Assembly (NCBI GenBank): GCA_021824625.1
Contig: JAKAKE010000121.1
Span: 829-64,828 of the forward strand
Source: Bacteroidota bacterium
GTDB lineage: Bacteria > Bacteroidota > Ignavibacteria > Kapaibacteriales > UBA2268
Reading direction: 5' to 3'
DNA length: 64,000 bases
This document shows, piece by piece, positions 1 to 9,891 of this stretch. The notes under the pieces were generated by a model that saw only the letters and a program-made list of their open reading frames with translations, did not search any database and was not told where the DNA came from. Positions within the stretch are counted from its first letter, which is position 1, and the number at the start of each line of letters is the position of its first letter. Both the position numbers and the translations under genes were made by a program.

Positions 1-395
1 TTAACATTATCGTTTTCATCATGGTGAACTGATAGACAATATGTGTCGTATGGCAGTTTTTCGAAAACTACAATTGCTTTATTATCTTTAATTTTACCAA
101 CCATACACCTATAACAACTTTGTGTCTTCTTCGGAAAATTATCCTTGAGATCCAGGTTGTAAATGTGAACGCGTACTGAACCGTTGTCACTATGACAATT
201 CTCAATTTCAACTTCGAGATTCCCGCAAAAAGATGTAGGTGTAGCAACAGCAAACCTGATAGGAATAACGAAAATTAATAAAACAATGAAAAAAACAATT
301 TTTTTTGGGAAAAGAAATATTTCGTTTGGATAAATATCATTTATATCGCTTTCAACAACAGCTTTATTTTTACAAAGAACTTTTATTTTAATCAT
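1..395 (-). CDS. DUF2141-like protein, partial (C-terminus lies beyond window start)
   Basis: Absent from the ORF track because it runs off the window. The reverse frame from ATG (395-393) stays open to position 1 (131 codons). It has an N-terminal hydrophobic helix IVFFIVLLIFVIPI, then GSVRVHIYN..FPKK..VFEKLPYDTYCLSVHHDENDN, resembling the DUF2141 HDENxN signature. Confidence 0.5.
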   Translation of the reverse strand, partial: MIKIKVLCKNKAVVESDINDIYPNEIFLFPKKIVFFIVLLIFVIPIRFAVATPTSFCGNLEVEIENCHSDNGSVRVHIYNLDLKDNFPKKTQSCYRCMVGKIKDNKAIVVFEKLPYDTYCLSVHHDENDNV

Positions 396-402
396 TTCAA
401 TA

Positions 403-419
403 CCCCCCCCCAAAAAAAA
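403..419. repeat. C9+A8 homopolymer tract (T8 G9 on the strand of the adjacent gene)
   Basis: Read directly as ta-ccccccccc-aaaaaaaa-t. It ends 8 nt upstream of the reverse-strand ATG at 395, in the RBS/spacer position. Confidence 0.9.
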
Positions 420-662
420 TAAATAATTTTCATTCTGCTTCATAAACTTCTTATTTACAAATTATATTATGAACCTTACTCCCTAAATCCCAATCCCATC
501 TCCATTCAATATAATTCTGTTATTAATTATCAATCACTATGAATCTACTATCTTAATCCGGTAGATGGGATTGGTAATAAGGTAAACAATTAATATTTAT
601 AATCATAATAATTTTATTTTTCCAAAATTAATTCAAGACATTACTTATTATCATACAATACA

Positions 663-1721
663 TTATGTTAACAACCTGATTCTTAAAAAAATGTTTTTCA
701 GGTTATCTTTTTTTAAAATAGCTCTGTAAAAATTACTTTTACTAAGGCGTTTAATTCTGACACTGTCATAATCCATAAACCTGCTGCTTCTGTTTTGGTC
801 AAACCAATAAACAAGTGCAATTTTGCCTTTACGTATTTCTATTCCTGTTGCACCGCGTTTGCCGATGACACTGCCTGAATTGAATAAGCAGGGAGCTAAT
901 ATTTTATCGTTGTATAGCCCGCTTCTCCGGTATTTTTCTTTCTTTTGAGAATATAAAATGTCGAGTTCCTTTTTATGCATTTTAATTTTTTCAACAAGAT
1001 TCAATTGATTCGAACCATCATCGCCATTCAGCTCAAGCATTAAATTCTCAATTAAAAATTTTAGAGAATCAATTTTCGAATGGGATTCAAATAAAGGACG
1101 GTGAGTATGCCCTAAAATAGAAATGATTTTATTCCCTGAAGCAAATTCGTAAGCGATTTTTTCTGTCTTAAATTTTGATAAATTATCTGCATTCAATGTC
1201 ATGTTTTTATACCCTATCGGATTAAGTATGAATCTGCCGAACAAGCTTGAAAAACGATTGTAATCCTCGAGTCGGTTCGCTGTTTGATGCCCATGATATA
1301 TAAAGATTGGATTGTTCTCATATTCAAGTCTTATTCCTTCCATCAATCCAATATTGTGTCCCTTGTAATTTCTTCTCGATAAAGTGTAATCGTGATTACC
1401 GAAAATCTTATAAAGTCTTCCTCTTGAACGGAATTCATCAAATATCTGAAATATATTTTGCCATGCTGTAACTATTTTTTTGAACCTGAATTTATAAAGT
1501 TCCTCAATATCGCCGTTCAAAATCAGGGTATAATTTCTTGGAAGATAATATTTTTGTAAAATAGATGCGAACAACTCAGAGTTTTGTTTAAAATCATCCT
1601 GATAACCACCGTTTCCGAGATGAGCATCGCTGAATATAACAAATTTGTCAGCATCGTCAATCTTAACTCTCAGACATTCGTTAAACAGTATATTCAATTT
1701 CTCAAATACTTTTTTCTTCAT
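663..1721 (-). CDS. calcineurin-like metallophosphoesterase
   Basis: Metallophosphoesterase motifs are present in order: FSDAHLG, GDIEE, GNHD, GHTH. Confidence 0.7.
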   Translation of the reverse strand: MKKKVFEKLNILFNECLRVKIDDADKFVIFSDAHLGNGGYQDDFKQNSELFASILQKYYLPRNYTLILNGDIEELYKFRFKKIVTAWQNIFQIFDEFRSRGRLYKIFGNHDYTLSRRNYKGHNIGLMEGIRLEYENNPIFIYHGHQTANRLEDYNRFSSLFGRFILNPIGYKNMTLNADNLSKFKTEKIAYEFASGNKIISILGHTHRPLFESHSKIDSLKFLIENLMLELNGDDGSNQLNLVEKIKMHKKELDILYSQKKEKYRRSGLYNDKILAPCLFNSGSVIGKRGATGIEIRKGKIALVYWFDQNRSSRFMDYDSVRIKRLSKSNFYRAILKKDNLKNIFLRIRLLT

Positions 1722-1750
1722 TAAAAATCTAATTAAGCTATAATCGCAAC

Positions 1751-2644
1751 TTATACTGATAAGCTCATATCTTTTCTTCTTAACTTAGCTCTCGATGGCA
1801 ATTCGCTATTGTAAAGCCTCTTTATTCCATCTCCAAACGAAGATTCAATATCACGAATATTAGAGATTAACCTGATGAAACCACCAATTTCTACCGAGGC
1901 TGCCTGGTCTGTTCCCCACATTGACCTATCGAGTGTGATGTGGCGTTCGACGAAATTAGCACCCATCACTACTGCCGCCCATGTTGGTGCCAATCCTACT
2001 TCATGGCCAGAATAACCTATTGGATTTGATAGGTACTGCATTTTATAATTCGGAATACAATTCAAATTTAGTTCGTCAAGCTTACATGGATAAGTAGAGG
2101 TAGCATGGGCAATCATCAAATCATCAAGTCCGATAATTTCTATTGTTGTTTCTATTTCTTCTGAGGTTGACATACCGGTCGAAATCATTAATGGTTTTCC
2201 TGTCGAACGTAATTTCATTAAAAGTTCATGGTCTGTAAGGGCTGCAGATGGTGATTTATAAAATGGCGGATTAAATTCTTCAATTATATCAACTGATGGT
2301 TCGTCCCAACAGGAAGCCGTCCACATGATACCATGGTCTCTGCAGAACTTATCAATTTCAGCATATTGTTCTATATTAAATTCAATTTTATTTCGGTAAT
2401 CAATATACTTGATTCTACCCCAAGGAGTATCCCTCTCAAGATCCCACTGCTCTTTAGGAACGCATAATTCGGGTGTGCGTTTTTGAAATTTAACACAATC
2501 CACCCCTGCCGCATGCGCTCCCGAAATTAATTTTTTTGCAATTTCTACTGACCCGTTATGATTAATGCCTATTTCGGCAATGATAAATGTCGGGTGATAA
2601 TCACCAATATATTTATCGCGAACTTTAACTTCTCTTTTGCTCAT
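1751..2644 (-). CDS. NeuB/SpsE-family sugar-PEP condensing synthase (short form, no SAF domain)
   Basis: N-terminus FIIAEIGINHNGSVEIAKKLI..AGVDCVKFQKR is typical of the NeuB family. At 297 aa it ends before where the C-terminal SAF domain would be. Confidence 0.7.
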   Translation of the reverse strand: MSKREVKVRDKYIGDYHPTFIIAEIGINHNGSVEIAKKLISGAHAAGVDCVKFQKRTPELCVPKEQWDLERDTPWGRIKYIDYRNKIEFNIEQYAEIDKFCRDHGIMWTASCWDEPSVDIIEEFNPPFYKSPSAALTDHELLMKLRSTGKPLMISTGMSTSEEIETTIEIIGLDDLMIAHATSTYPCKLDELNLNCIPNYKMQYLSNPIGYSGHEVGLAPTWAAVVMGANFVERHITLDRSMWGTDQAASVEIGGFIRLISNIRDIESSFGDGIKRLYNSELPSRAKLRRKDMSLSV

Positions 2645-2759
2645 TTGTTCCCTCTAAAATTTTAAACAAATTTTTTTGAATTGAGACATTTTGATTTATT
2701 TATCTTAATCTGCTTTAAGTATTTTCATCTAAACAATATTTAATATTACAATTACATTT

Positions 2760-3572
2760 TTACCATATTGTCCACCCGCCGTCAACAACGAGGTTTGCAC
2801 CCGTCATATAGGCTGATGCATCTGAGGCTAAATAAATCAAGGCACCCATGTAATCATCGGCTTTAGCCATTCTGTTCAGGGGTGTCATTTCCGAATATTT
2901 TTTTTTGAAAAATTCATTCTGATTATTTTCAACGCCACCAGGTGAAAGAACATTGACTCTGACTCCCGATTTACCCCAATAAGCGGCAAGATAACGTGTA
3001 AAAGAGATTACAGCACCTTTTGAAGCAGGATAAACCGGTGATTTATAAAAAGTCTGTTCATTCGACTCATTGATATAAATAGATTGATTAGGAGCTACAA
3101 TACCATAAGTTGAAGCGATATTTATAATACTGCCCAAACCTTTTAATGCCATTTCAGTACCAAATACCTGTGAAGATAAAAACACTCCTGTAACATTGGT
3201 TTCCATTACTTTCTTGAACAAGTCCAACGGGTAATTCTCGAATTTTGATTCTTCTGCAGCTTTTATAGGATTCTCTACCATATCGTTTATAGCTGCATTG
3301 TTAACCAACACATCAATTTTACCGTATTTCCTGATTATTTGTTCCTTGACCGACACAAGGCTTTTTTTGTCAGTCACATCACATACCATTCCAATTGAAT
3401 TAGGAAATAGTTTTTCAGACAATTCATCGAGTTTCACCTTATCCAGGTCGCATGCAATAATATTAGCGCCAGCCATAGCGAGTGCATTGCAATGATGGAA
3501 ACCGATTAATCCTGCAGCACCGGTAACGACTGCTATTTTTCCTTCTAACGAAAAAAGTTCTTTTACTTGCAT
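2760..3572 (-). CDS. SDR-family oxidoreductase
   Basis: TGAAGLIG Rossmann motif, NNAA, and the catalytic YPASK motif. Confidence 0.8.
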   Translation of the reverse strand: MQVKELFSLEGKIAVVTGAAGLIGFHHCNALAMAGANIIACDLDKVKLDELSEKLFPNSIGMVCDVTDKKSLVSVKEQIIRKYGKIDVLVNNAAINDMVENPIKAAEESKFENYPLDLFKKVMETNVTGVFLSSQVFGTEMALKGLGSIINIASTYGIVAPNQSIYINESNEQTFYKSPVYPASKGAVISFTRYLAAYWGKSGVRVNVLSPGGVENNQNEFFKKKYSEMTPLNRMAKADDYMGALIYLASDASAYMTGANLVVDGGWTIW

Positions 3573-3574
3573 AA

Positions 3575-4906
3575 TTAATTTTTTGGTTTAGTATTAAAAG
3601 ACCCAACTTTACGGAATACTGCTTCAACAGGTTCTCCTTTCAGATAATCAGAAATATTATTCTCAGAAACTGCTTTTTTTAATATCTGAAGACAATTTTT
3701 ATAAGCTGAAAGAGTAAATTCAATGTCCCCTTTTGTATGAGAGAATGACATATTATGAAAACCTGCCCAAAGAATACCACAGGCAATCAATTCTTGCTGA
3801 AGCAGTGATTTCATAAGCAGGGGATTTCCGGCTTCGGCATCGAAGGTTACCATTGACCTGAAATTATATCCTTTTGCCCTGACATAATACATTCCAAGTT
3901 CATCTGCAATATTATTGAAGCCGTCCTTAATTATTTTACCATAATTGTTGAGGTAGGCGGTAACATTTTTATCCCTTATCTCCGTTATCGTAGCTTTGGT
4001 AGCCGCGAGCGAAAGTGCTTCACCACCAAAGGTTGTAAAGAAGAAGACTTCCTTTTCAAGTAAATCCATAATTTCTGCTTTACCGGTTATTATTGAGATA
4101 GGCATGCCGTTAGCACAAGCTTTGGAGAAAACTGCTATGTCAGCTTTTATATCAAAATATTCCTGAGCTCCACCTAAAGCCATCCTAAAACCTGTCCACA
4201 TTTCATCAAATATCAGGATTATCCCTTTTTCTGTGCAGATGTCTCTTAATTTATGAAGAAATCCTTCACGGGGTTCATCGAATGTAACCGGTTCGAGTAT
4301 TACAGCAGCCGTATCCGAATCAATTGCGTTCAATACAGAATCTATATCATTATAATTAAAAGTAAATGTAAGATTCTTAATCTCTTCAGGTATTCCGAGG
4401 TTTCTGTCAGTAACACTTATATACCAGTCATGCCATCCATGATAACCACAACAAACAATATTTTTTTTCCCGGTGAAAGCTCTCGCAAGCCTGACAGCGG
4501 CACTTGTCGCATCAGCTCCCGATTTACTAAATCTTACACGTTCAGCATTAGGAATTACCTCGTGTATTAATTCCGCAACTTCTACTTCCAGAGGGCTCAT
4601 TAAGGAAAAGGTTATTCCTTTTTCTAATTGTTCGCGAATTGCAATGTCCACTTTATTATAAGAATAACCCAGCGACAGTGGGCCTACACCCATTGTGAAA
4701 TCTATATATTCATTTCCGTCAACATCAATCACCCTGCATCCTTTCCCGCTTTGAAGGTAAACCGGTGCAATTCCTCTGACATATTGACCAGGACCTTTTG
4801 CTAAGGTTTGGGTAGCTGCGGGTATCAGTCCTGAAGCTCTGTTCAGAAGATTGAGAGACTCTTCGATTTTTGGGTAGGAGCCGTTAAATTTTATTTTATT
4901 TATCAT
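3575..4906 (-). CDS. class-III aminotransferase (glutamate-1-semialdehyde aminomutase-like)
   Basis: GSGADATSAAVRLAR, DEMWTGFR and FSKACANG (PLP lysine context). I chose the ATG at 4906 (MINKIKF) because the longer ORF would overlap the upstream transketolase stop. Confidence 0.7.
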   Translation of the reverse strand: MINKIKFNGSYPKIEESLNLLNRASGLIPAATQTLAKGPGQYVRGIAPVYLQSGKGCRVIDVDGNEYIDFTMGVGPLSLGYSYNKVDIAIREQLEKGITFSLMSPLEVEVAELIHEVIPNAERVRFSKSGADATSAAVRLARAFTGKKNIVCCGYHGWHDWYISVTDRNLGIPEEIKNLTFTFNYNDIDSVLNAIDSDTAAVILEPVTFDEPREGFLHKLRDICTEKGIILIFDEMWTGFRMALGGAQEYFDIKADIAVFSKACANGMPISIITGKAEIMDLLEKEVFFFTTFGGEALSLAATKATITEIRDKNVTAYLNNYGKIIKDGFNNIADELGMYYVRAKGYNFRSMVTFDAEAGNPLLMKSLLQQELIACGILWAGFHNMSFSHTKGDIEFTLSAYKNCLQILKKAVSENNISDYLKGEPVEAVFRKVGSFNTKPKN

Positions 4907-4919
4907 AATTTTTTTATTT

Positions 4920-6881
4920 TTATTGTGGAGCTTCGACTGTGTAAACTTCTTCATGATGAAAATTATCTATGTTAATTCCTCCAATTCTTTTTGCGAGAGA
5001 ATACCCGTCTAATTTATGATATTTTAATACTTCCTGAGGGACACCGCAAACAGGGTAATCATCATAGCCGAATTTTCTAAAACTTATACCATTCAAGTTA
5101 GTAATTTGGGATAAATTAAAGAGTAATTGGTCTCCAAGGCCTCCAAATGTTGAGTGGTCTTCAAGCACAATAATTTTCTTATAATCCTGAGTAATTTCAT
5201 AAAGCCAGGATTGATTAAAACGATTCAGCCAGGGCATATTGACTACTTTCAAGCCAAAGCCAATGCTCAATAAAAGATCTGATGCAGTCAAGGCTTCATG
5301 CAGCATCACAGGCCCATAAGCAAACATAATTGCATCAACCCCCACGGTTAAAGCTGTTCCTATTCCGGGTTCGAAAATATAATCCGAAGGTAATTCTATT
5401 CTACCCGGTGAAGGACCGATTACCATCCTTAATGCAACATTTTCAGGTGATTCTTCGACAGCATAATGAACAGCAGCACACATTTCCTCTGAATTGCATG
5501 GCTGGATAATTGTTAGATTTGGAATCGCTCCCAAGAGGGAAATGTCTCTTACACTTTGATGAGATTTTCCGGGTCCTGCGGGAATAGCACCTGCAAAATG
5601 ACATGCATAAATAATTTTAGTTTGTTCGCAGGCATTATTATAAATTTGTTCGTTGGCCCTCGAAGTTAAAAAGCTGGCAAATGAACTGACTACGGGTAGT
5701 AATCCGATTCGGGCTAAGCCGCCTGCCATCGAAACCATATCCTGCTCAGCTATTCCGTTTTCAATAAATCTATCTGGAAATTTTTTTTCAAAAGGGCGAA
5801 GTTTACAATCTGCCGATAAATCCCCGTCAAGAACAATAATGTCCTCTCTTGTTTCAGCTATTTGGGACAGAGTTTTTCCAAAAGCATCAGTCACATATTC
5901 ACGGGTAACATTGTCTGATGACTTAATAAAACCTTCGGCGATTTTATAACTAATTGGTTGAATATCGAATTCTTTTAACAATTGTGATATTGTATTTTTT
6001 AATTCCACAATCCCATTGAAATAGGTTTCATCATCTGGTGCACCCGAATGCCAATTATAAATTTTCTCTCCTTTTTCATCAATAATTGGATGTTCCATAA
6101 ATGATAATCCATAACCTTTGGTTGTGTCGGCAATAATGAACTTAGGCATTCCGATAACCCGCTTTGATTCTTCGATAGCTTTTTCTATTTCATAAAAATT
6201 ATTTCCATCGCATCTCGAAACAAACCATCCGAATGATGATACTTTTTCTTCCAAGTCTTCGATGCTATTCACAGAGTCAACCATTCTATCAGTTTGGTAT
6301 TGATTCCGGTCAATAATAACTGTGATATTTTCTATTTGCTGGTGAGCCGTAGATTGAAGCGATTCATATATCTGTCCCTCCTGAAATTCTCCATCACCTG
6401 TCAGAACAAAAATTCTTCCTTGTAAATTGAGAAATTTTTTTGCCCACGCCATACCCTTTCCTTTTGAAATACCCATTCCAAGTGAACCTGTATTTGCTTC
6501 AATACCTTTGATGCTTACATCAGGATGGCCGTCTAATCCATTTAATCTTCGAAGACTCAACAGTTCTTTCTCAGTTAGTAAACCAAGAGCAAATAAAACT
6601 GAATAAAGTCCAGGAACATCATGTCCTTTTGAAGAAAAATAAATGTCTCTTTCGTGGGAATAGAAGCCGACTTCCTTTGTATTTAATTCCATCAGATATA
6701 GATACACCACTATATCCATTGCACTGAAACTTGACCCAAGATGTCCTGAACCTGCTTTCTTGACCGAAACAAAACAATTATAGCGGCACATTGCAGCATA
6801 TATCTCTAATTTATTATAATATGAAATTTGACTTTCTAAAATTCTGTCAAATTCAGATTTCGGAATAATTTCATAATTCAT
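4920..6881 (-). CDS. transketolase, fused N- and C-terminal halves
   Basis: GSGHLGSSFSAMDI and GDGEFQEG ThDP-binding motifs in the N-terminal half; pyrimidine-binding and C-terminal domains follow in the same ORF (653 aa). Confidence 0.75.
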   Translation of the reverse strand: MNYEIIPKSEFDRILESQISYYNKLEIYAAMCRYNCFVSVKKAGSGHLGSSFSAMDIVVYLYLMELNTKEVGFYSHERDIYFSSKGHDVPGLYSVLFALGLLTEKELLSLRRLNGLDGHPDVSIKGIEANTGSLGMGISKGKGMAWAKKFLNLQGRIFVLTGDGEFQEGQIYESLQSTAHQQIENITVIIDRNQYQTDRMVDSVNSIEDLEEKVSSFGWFVSRCDGNNFYEIEKAIEESKRVIGMPKFIIADTTKGYGLSFMEHPIIDEKGEKIYNWHSGAPDDETYFNGIVELKNTISQLLKEFDIQPISYKIAEGFIKSSDNVTREYVTDAFGKTLSQIAETREDIIVLDGDLSADCKLRPFEKKFPDRFIENGIAEQDMVSMAGGLARIGLLPVVSSFASFLTSRANEQIYNNACEQTKIIYACHFAGAIPAGPGKSHQSVRDISLLGAIPNLTIIQPCNSEEMCAAVHYAVEESPENVALRMVIGPSPGRIELPSDYIFEPGIGTALTVGVDAIMFAYGPVMLHEALTASDLLLSIGFGLKVVNMPWLNRFNQSWLYEITQDYKKIIVLEDHSTFGGLGDQLLFNLSQITNLNGISFRKFGYDDYPVCGVPQEVLKYHKLDGYSLAKRIGGINIDNFHHEEVYTVEAPQ

Positions 6882-6918
6882 AATTTATATTAATTAAATT
6901 TGTTACAATTACTATTAA

Positions 6919-7719
6919 TTAAAGAATAACATTGTTTAACATTTCATCCATTGTATTGAATTTGTATTGATTACTTTTATACCAGAATTGCCCGTTATAA
7001 ATTTCATTAATTTTTTTTATTCTGGGTTTTTGCGCAAGAAGATTCAGTATGTCAGAAATATTAAAAGATGGATTAACGGGATAAATCTCTTCAAATACAC
7101 TTTTAATAAATAAATAATCTTCTGCAAAGTCAAGTGTGAACCTGTGTGATTCTGAATAATTCAACCCTGTTTCCCATGTAACATTCCCGATTTTAAACAA
7201 ATCAGGATTGTCCCAGATATAAGGGGTAGTGTGTTCTCTTTGAAAATCCATTTCAGCAGAATTCCATGCTGTTTCTAATGCACTGAGACTAATGACTTCA
7301 ACATCATTCCCATCAGGATAAGTTGGAGGATGGAGATTACTTACATAATCAAATTTCTGGTGATAATTGATATATACATTAACAACTTTGTCTATAATTT
7401 CAGGGTCAATTAAAGGACAGTCCGAAGGAATTTTTACTATTGCATCAACATTTTCATTTTTCACTGCCTGGTAATGCCTATCTAATAAATCCTGTTCACT
7501 TCCACGATGGAATCTGTAACCATTTGTAAGGCATATATCAACGATTTTATCGTCCTTTGAATTCAGTGTAGTTGCTATTATAATATCCGAAAGGGTCTCT
7601 GCTTTTTGCATTCTTTCTATCTGTAACTCAAACAATGTTTTTCCACAAGCCGGCTTTAATATTTTGCCGGGAAATCGTATTGAGCCTGTTCGTGCTTGTA
7701 CTACTGCTATAATATTCAT
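6919..7719 (-). CDS. SpsF/NeuA-like cytidylyltransferase
   Basis: N-terminus IIAVVQARTGSIRFPGKILKP is typical of the acylneuraminate/SpsF cytidylyltransferase family. It overlaps the upstream gene by 4 nt. Confidence 0.65.
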   Translation of the reverse strand: MNIIAVVQARTGSIRFPGKILKPACGKTLFELQIERMQKAETLSDIIIATTLNSKDDKIVDICLTNGYRFHRGSEQDLLDRHYQAVKNENVDAIVKIPSDCPLIDPEIIDKVVNVYINYHQKFDYVSNLHPPTYPDGNDVEVISLSALETAWNSAEMDFQREHTTPYIWDNPDLFKIGNVTWETGLNYSESHRFTLDFAEDYLFIKSVFEEIYPVNPSFNISDILNLLAQKPRIKKINEIYNGQFWYKSNQYKFNTMDEMLNNVIL

Positions 7720-8813
7720 GCGCTGACCTTTGATTTATAATATTGCAAATATTTCGAAACAGCTATCTTAATAGGAATTAGAGGTTCGAATTTAAATAAT
7801 TGATTTTTTTCTCTTTTTCGGTTGACTCTCAAAATATTCATACATTCATCTGCAATATTATATGATGATGTTCCTTTGTTTTGCAAGGGGCAGAGCTTTT
7901 TTAAAAGCATGATGTCAGCGTCAGAATGAACTTCCTTTTTTAATGCCAATCCTGTATATACAACAGTCGAATATCTTGTTATCAGGACATCGCAGTTAGC
8001 TATCATTTCGTGGACGTTTCCTTTTGAAAAAACAATTGCATCAGGTGCATATTTATTTATTTCTTTGGTAGCTCTGTCAACCTTTTCGTTCGGATGGAGC
8101 TTAAATATTAATTTCCTGCCGTTTGCTATTTCTTTAGCTTGCTTTATAAATTCTTTCCTATTTTCATATTTATAAGTTTCACGTAAATCACTTGTAGCTG
8201 CTAAAACATAATGCTTATGTTGAAAATTATTGGTATAGTATCTTTCACAATTATCATAATTTGGAATTCCGGTTACTTTTATTTTATTAGGATTTATACC
8301 CTTATTAATAAATAATTCTTTATATCCTTCCGAAGCAACACAAAATATGTCGAAATCCTCCGACATGCCCATAGTTGAGGTTGAAGCAATAAATCTCGGG
8401 AATTTTAAATATTTTACAAGATAATACCTGAGATCTTCAGGGTCTGTCATTCCTTCCTGAACATGAACTATTTTTGTCTGTTTAATATTTTTTGGTATGA
8501 TTAAATCAGTACAAGTAACAACCAAATCATATTGATTAGCTTTCCCATAATAATCAATTTTCAAATTATGTTCTTTGAAATAGTTTGTTGTTGTCTGCTT
8601 CACTTTACCGCTGAGAGGAACGAAATTGAGCAAATCCCTTTTTGCCAAAAAATTTATAATCCCATCAGCATACATGTGTGTAAAATAGCATTCATGCTCA
8701 GATAGATATGTTGATATTTGATGCATCATTGTTGTAGTATTCAAAGTACCACATATAAAAAGGATTTTCTTCTTTAGCTGTTTATTTATTATCTTTTCTT
8801 CGCGAATTATCAT
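7716..8813 (-). CDS. TagB/TagF-like transferase (CDP/CMP-activated donor, GT-B type), tentative
   Basis: C-terminal half ..LIFKLHPNEK...CDVLITRYSTVVYTGLALKKEV resembles the KxHP ... LITDYSS motif block of glycerophosphotransferases. It is first in the operon. Confidence 0.4.
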   Translation of the reverse strand: MIIREEKIINKQLKKKILFICGTLNTTTMMHQISTYLSEHECYFTHMYADGIINFLAKRDLLNFVPLSGKVKQTTTNYFKEHNLKIDYYGKANQYDLVVTCTDLIIPKNIKQTKIVHVQEGMTDPEDLRYYLVKYLKFPRFIASTSTMGMSEDFDIFCVASEGYKELFINKGINPNKIKVTGIPNYDNCERYYTNNFQHKHYVLAATSDLRETYKYENRKEFIKQAKEIANGRKLIFKLHPNEKVDRATKEINKYAPDAIVFSKGNVHEMIANCDVLITRYSTVVYTGLALKKEVHSDADIMLLKKLCPLQNKGTSSYNIADECMNILRVNRKREKNQLFKFEPLIPIKIAVSKYLQYYKSKVSA

Positions 8814-8982
8814 ATATTAAAAATATTTTATTTATTCGAATACAAAATTAAATTAGAGTTGTTAAGGGAAAATTAAAGCTTTGTTAAGAATTGCTGAATT
8901 TGAAAAAATATAAAATTTAAATGAAATAAATGAGTCTGATGTCTGACTTAAAAAAAAATATTTTTTAATTTTTTAATATTAT

Positions 8983-9672
8983 ATGAGACTTTTTATTTTT
9001 GATATTGATGGTACCCTGGCGAACACTTTAGGTACCGATGACCGTTGCTTTCGAGACACTATAGAAGCTGAATTCTCAATTCAAGTACATGATGATGTAT
9101 GGGAAGATGCAAAGAAATTAACAAGCGGTACAGACTCCGGCATTTTTTATTATTTATTTAAAGAAGCAAAACATAGAGACCCTTCAATTGATGAATTAAA
9201 ATTTATGAAAACCTGCTTTTTCAAACGTCTCTGTAATGATTTGGAAGAAAGTCCGGAAAAATATTTAGAAATTCCAGGAGCCAAAAGATTTTTTAATTTA
9301 ATTTTAAATAATACTGGAAATGCAATTAGCATAGCAACAGGTTGTTGGCGTTTTTCAGCGATATTAAAACTCAAAGCTCTTGGTATAAAATATGAAAATA
9401 TTGTTCTATCATGTGCCGATGAATATTTATTACGTAAGGATTTAGTTAATAATGCGATTCTTGAAGCCCAAAAAAGATATTTGGTGAAATCCTTCAATCT
9501 AATAACTTATTTTGGGGATGGTGAATGGGATTTTGAAGCAGCTAAAGCATTGGGCATTAATTTTATAGGAATTGATTTTAAGGAAAATGGAGTTCTTAGA
9601 AAGTTGGGTGTTGATTTCGTTTATAAGAACTTCATTGAATTAATTGAAAAAAATGATTCTCCATATTTGTAA
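8983..9672 (+). CDS. HAD-superfamily hydrolase/phosphatase
   Basis: FDIDGTL motif I at the N-terminus and GDGEWD motif IV near the C-terminus. It is divergent from the sugar cluster. Confidence 0.65.
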   Translation: MRLFIFDIDGTLANTLGTDDRCFRDTIEAEFSIQVHDDVWEDAKKLTSGTDSGIFYYLFKEAKHRDPSIDELKFMKTCFFKRLCNDLEESPEKYLEIPGAKRFFNLILNNTGNAISIATGCWRFSAILKLKALGIKYENIVLSCADEYLLRKDLVNNAILEAQKRYLVKSFNLITYFGDGEWDFEAAKALGINFIGIDFKENGVLRKLGVDFVYKNFIELIEKNDSPYL

Positions 9673-9689
9673 TATAAATTTATTTTAAT

Positions 9690-9850
9690 CCCAAAATATT
9701 CATTAGAAACTATGAAATACCTAAGGACTAAGAACAGGCTTGTCATTCTGAGGAGTGAAACGACGAAGAATCTCTTACACGAATGAGATGCTTCGACTTC
9801 GCTCAACATGACACTTACAAACTATTATGAATTTCCAAATGAATAATTTG
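9690..9850 (+). repeat. 161-bp intergenic repeat, copy 1 (contains a GTCATTCTGAGG imperfect palindrome)
   Basis: Near-identical to 15188-15348 (about 7 mismatches by eye). It begins right after the stop of the HAD gene. This repeat explains the identical N-termini of spurious ORFs 9621-9809 and 15068-15307. Confidence 0.9.
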
Positions 9851-9891
9851 GGTTAAAAATATATAACCACCATTTGTAATTCGTAATTAAA

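Noticed and set aside
68-253. 61-aa reverse-strand ORF from the track
   Set aside because: A different reverse frame is open across the whole of 1-395 and carries a DUF2141-like motif, so the 61-aa ORF is an out-of-frame shadow.
9621-9809. 62-aa ORF, and its twin at 15068-15307, sharing an identical 40-aa N-terminus
   Set aside because: Both are read-throughs of the 161-bp intergenic repeat. The identity reflects the DNA repeat and not a gene family.
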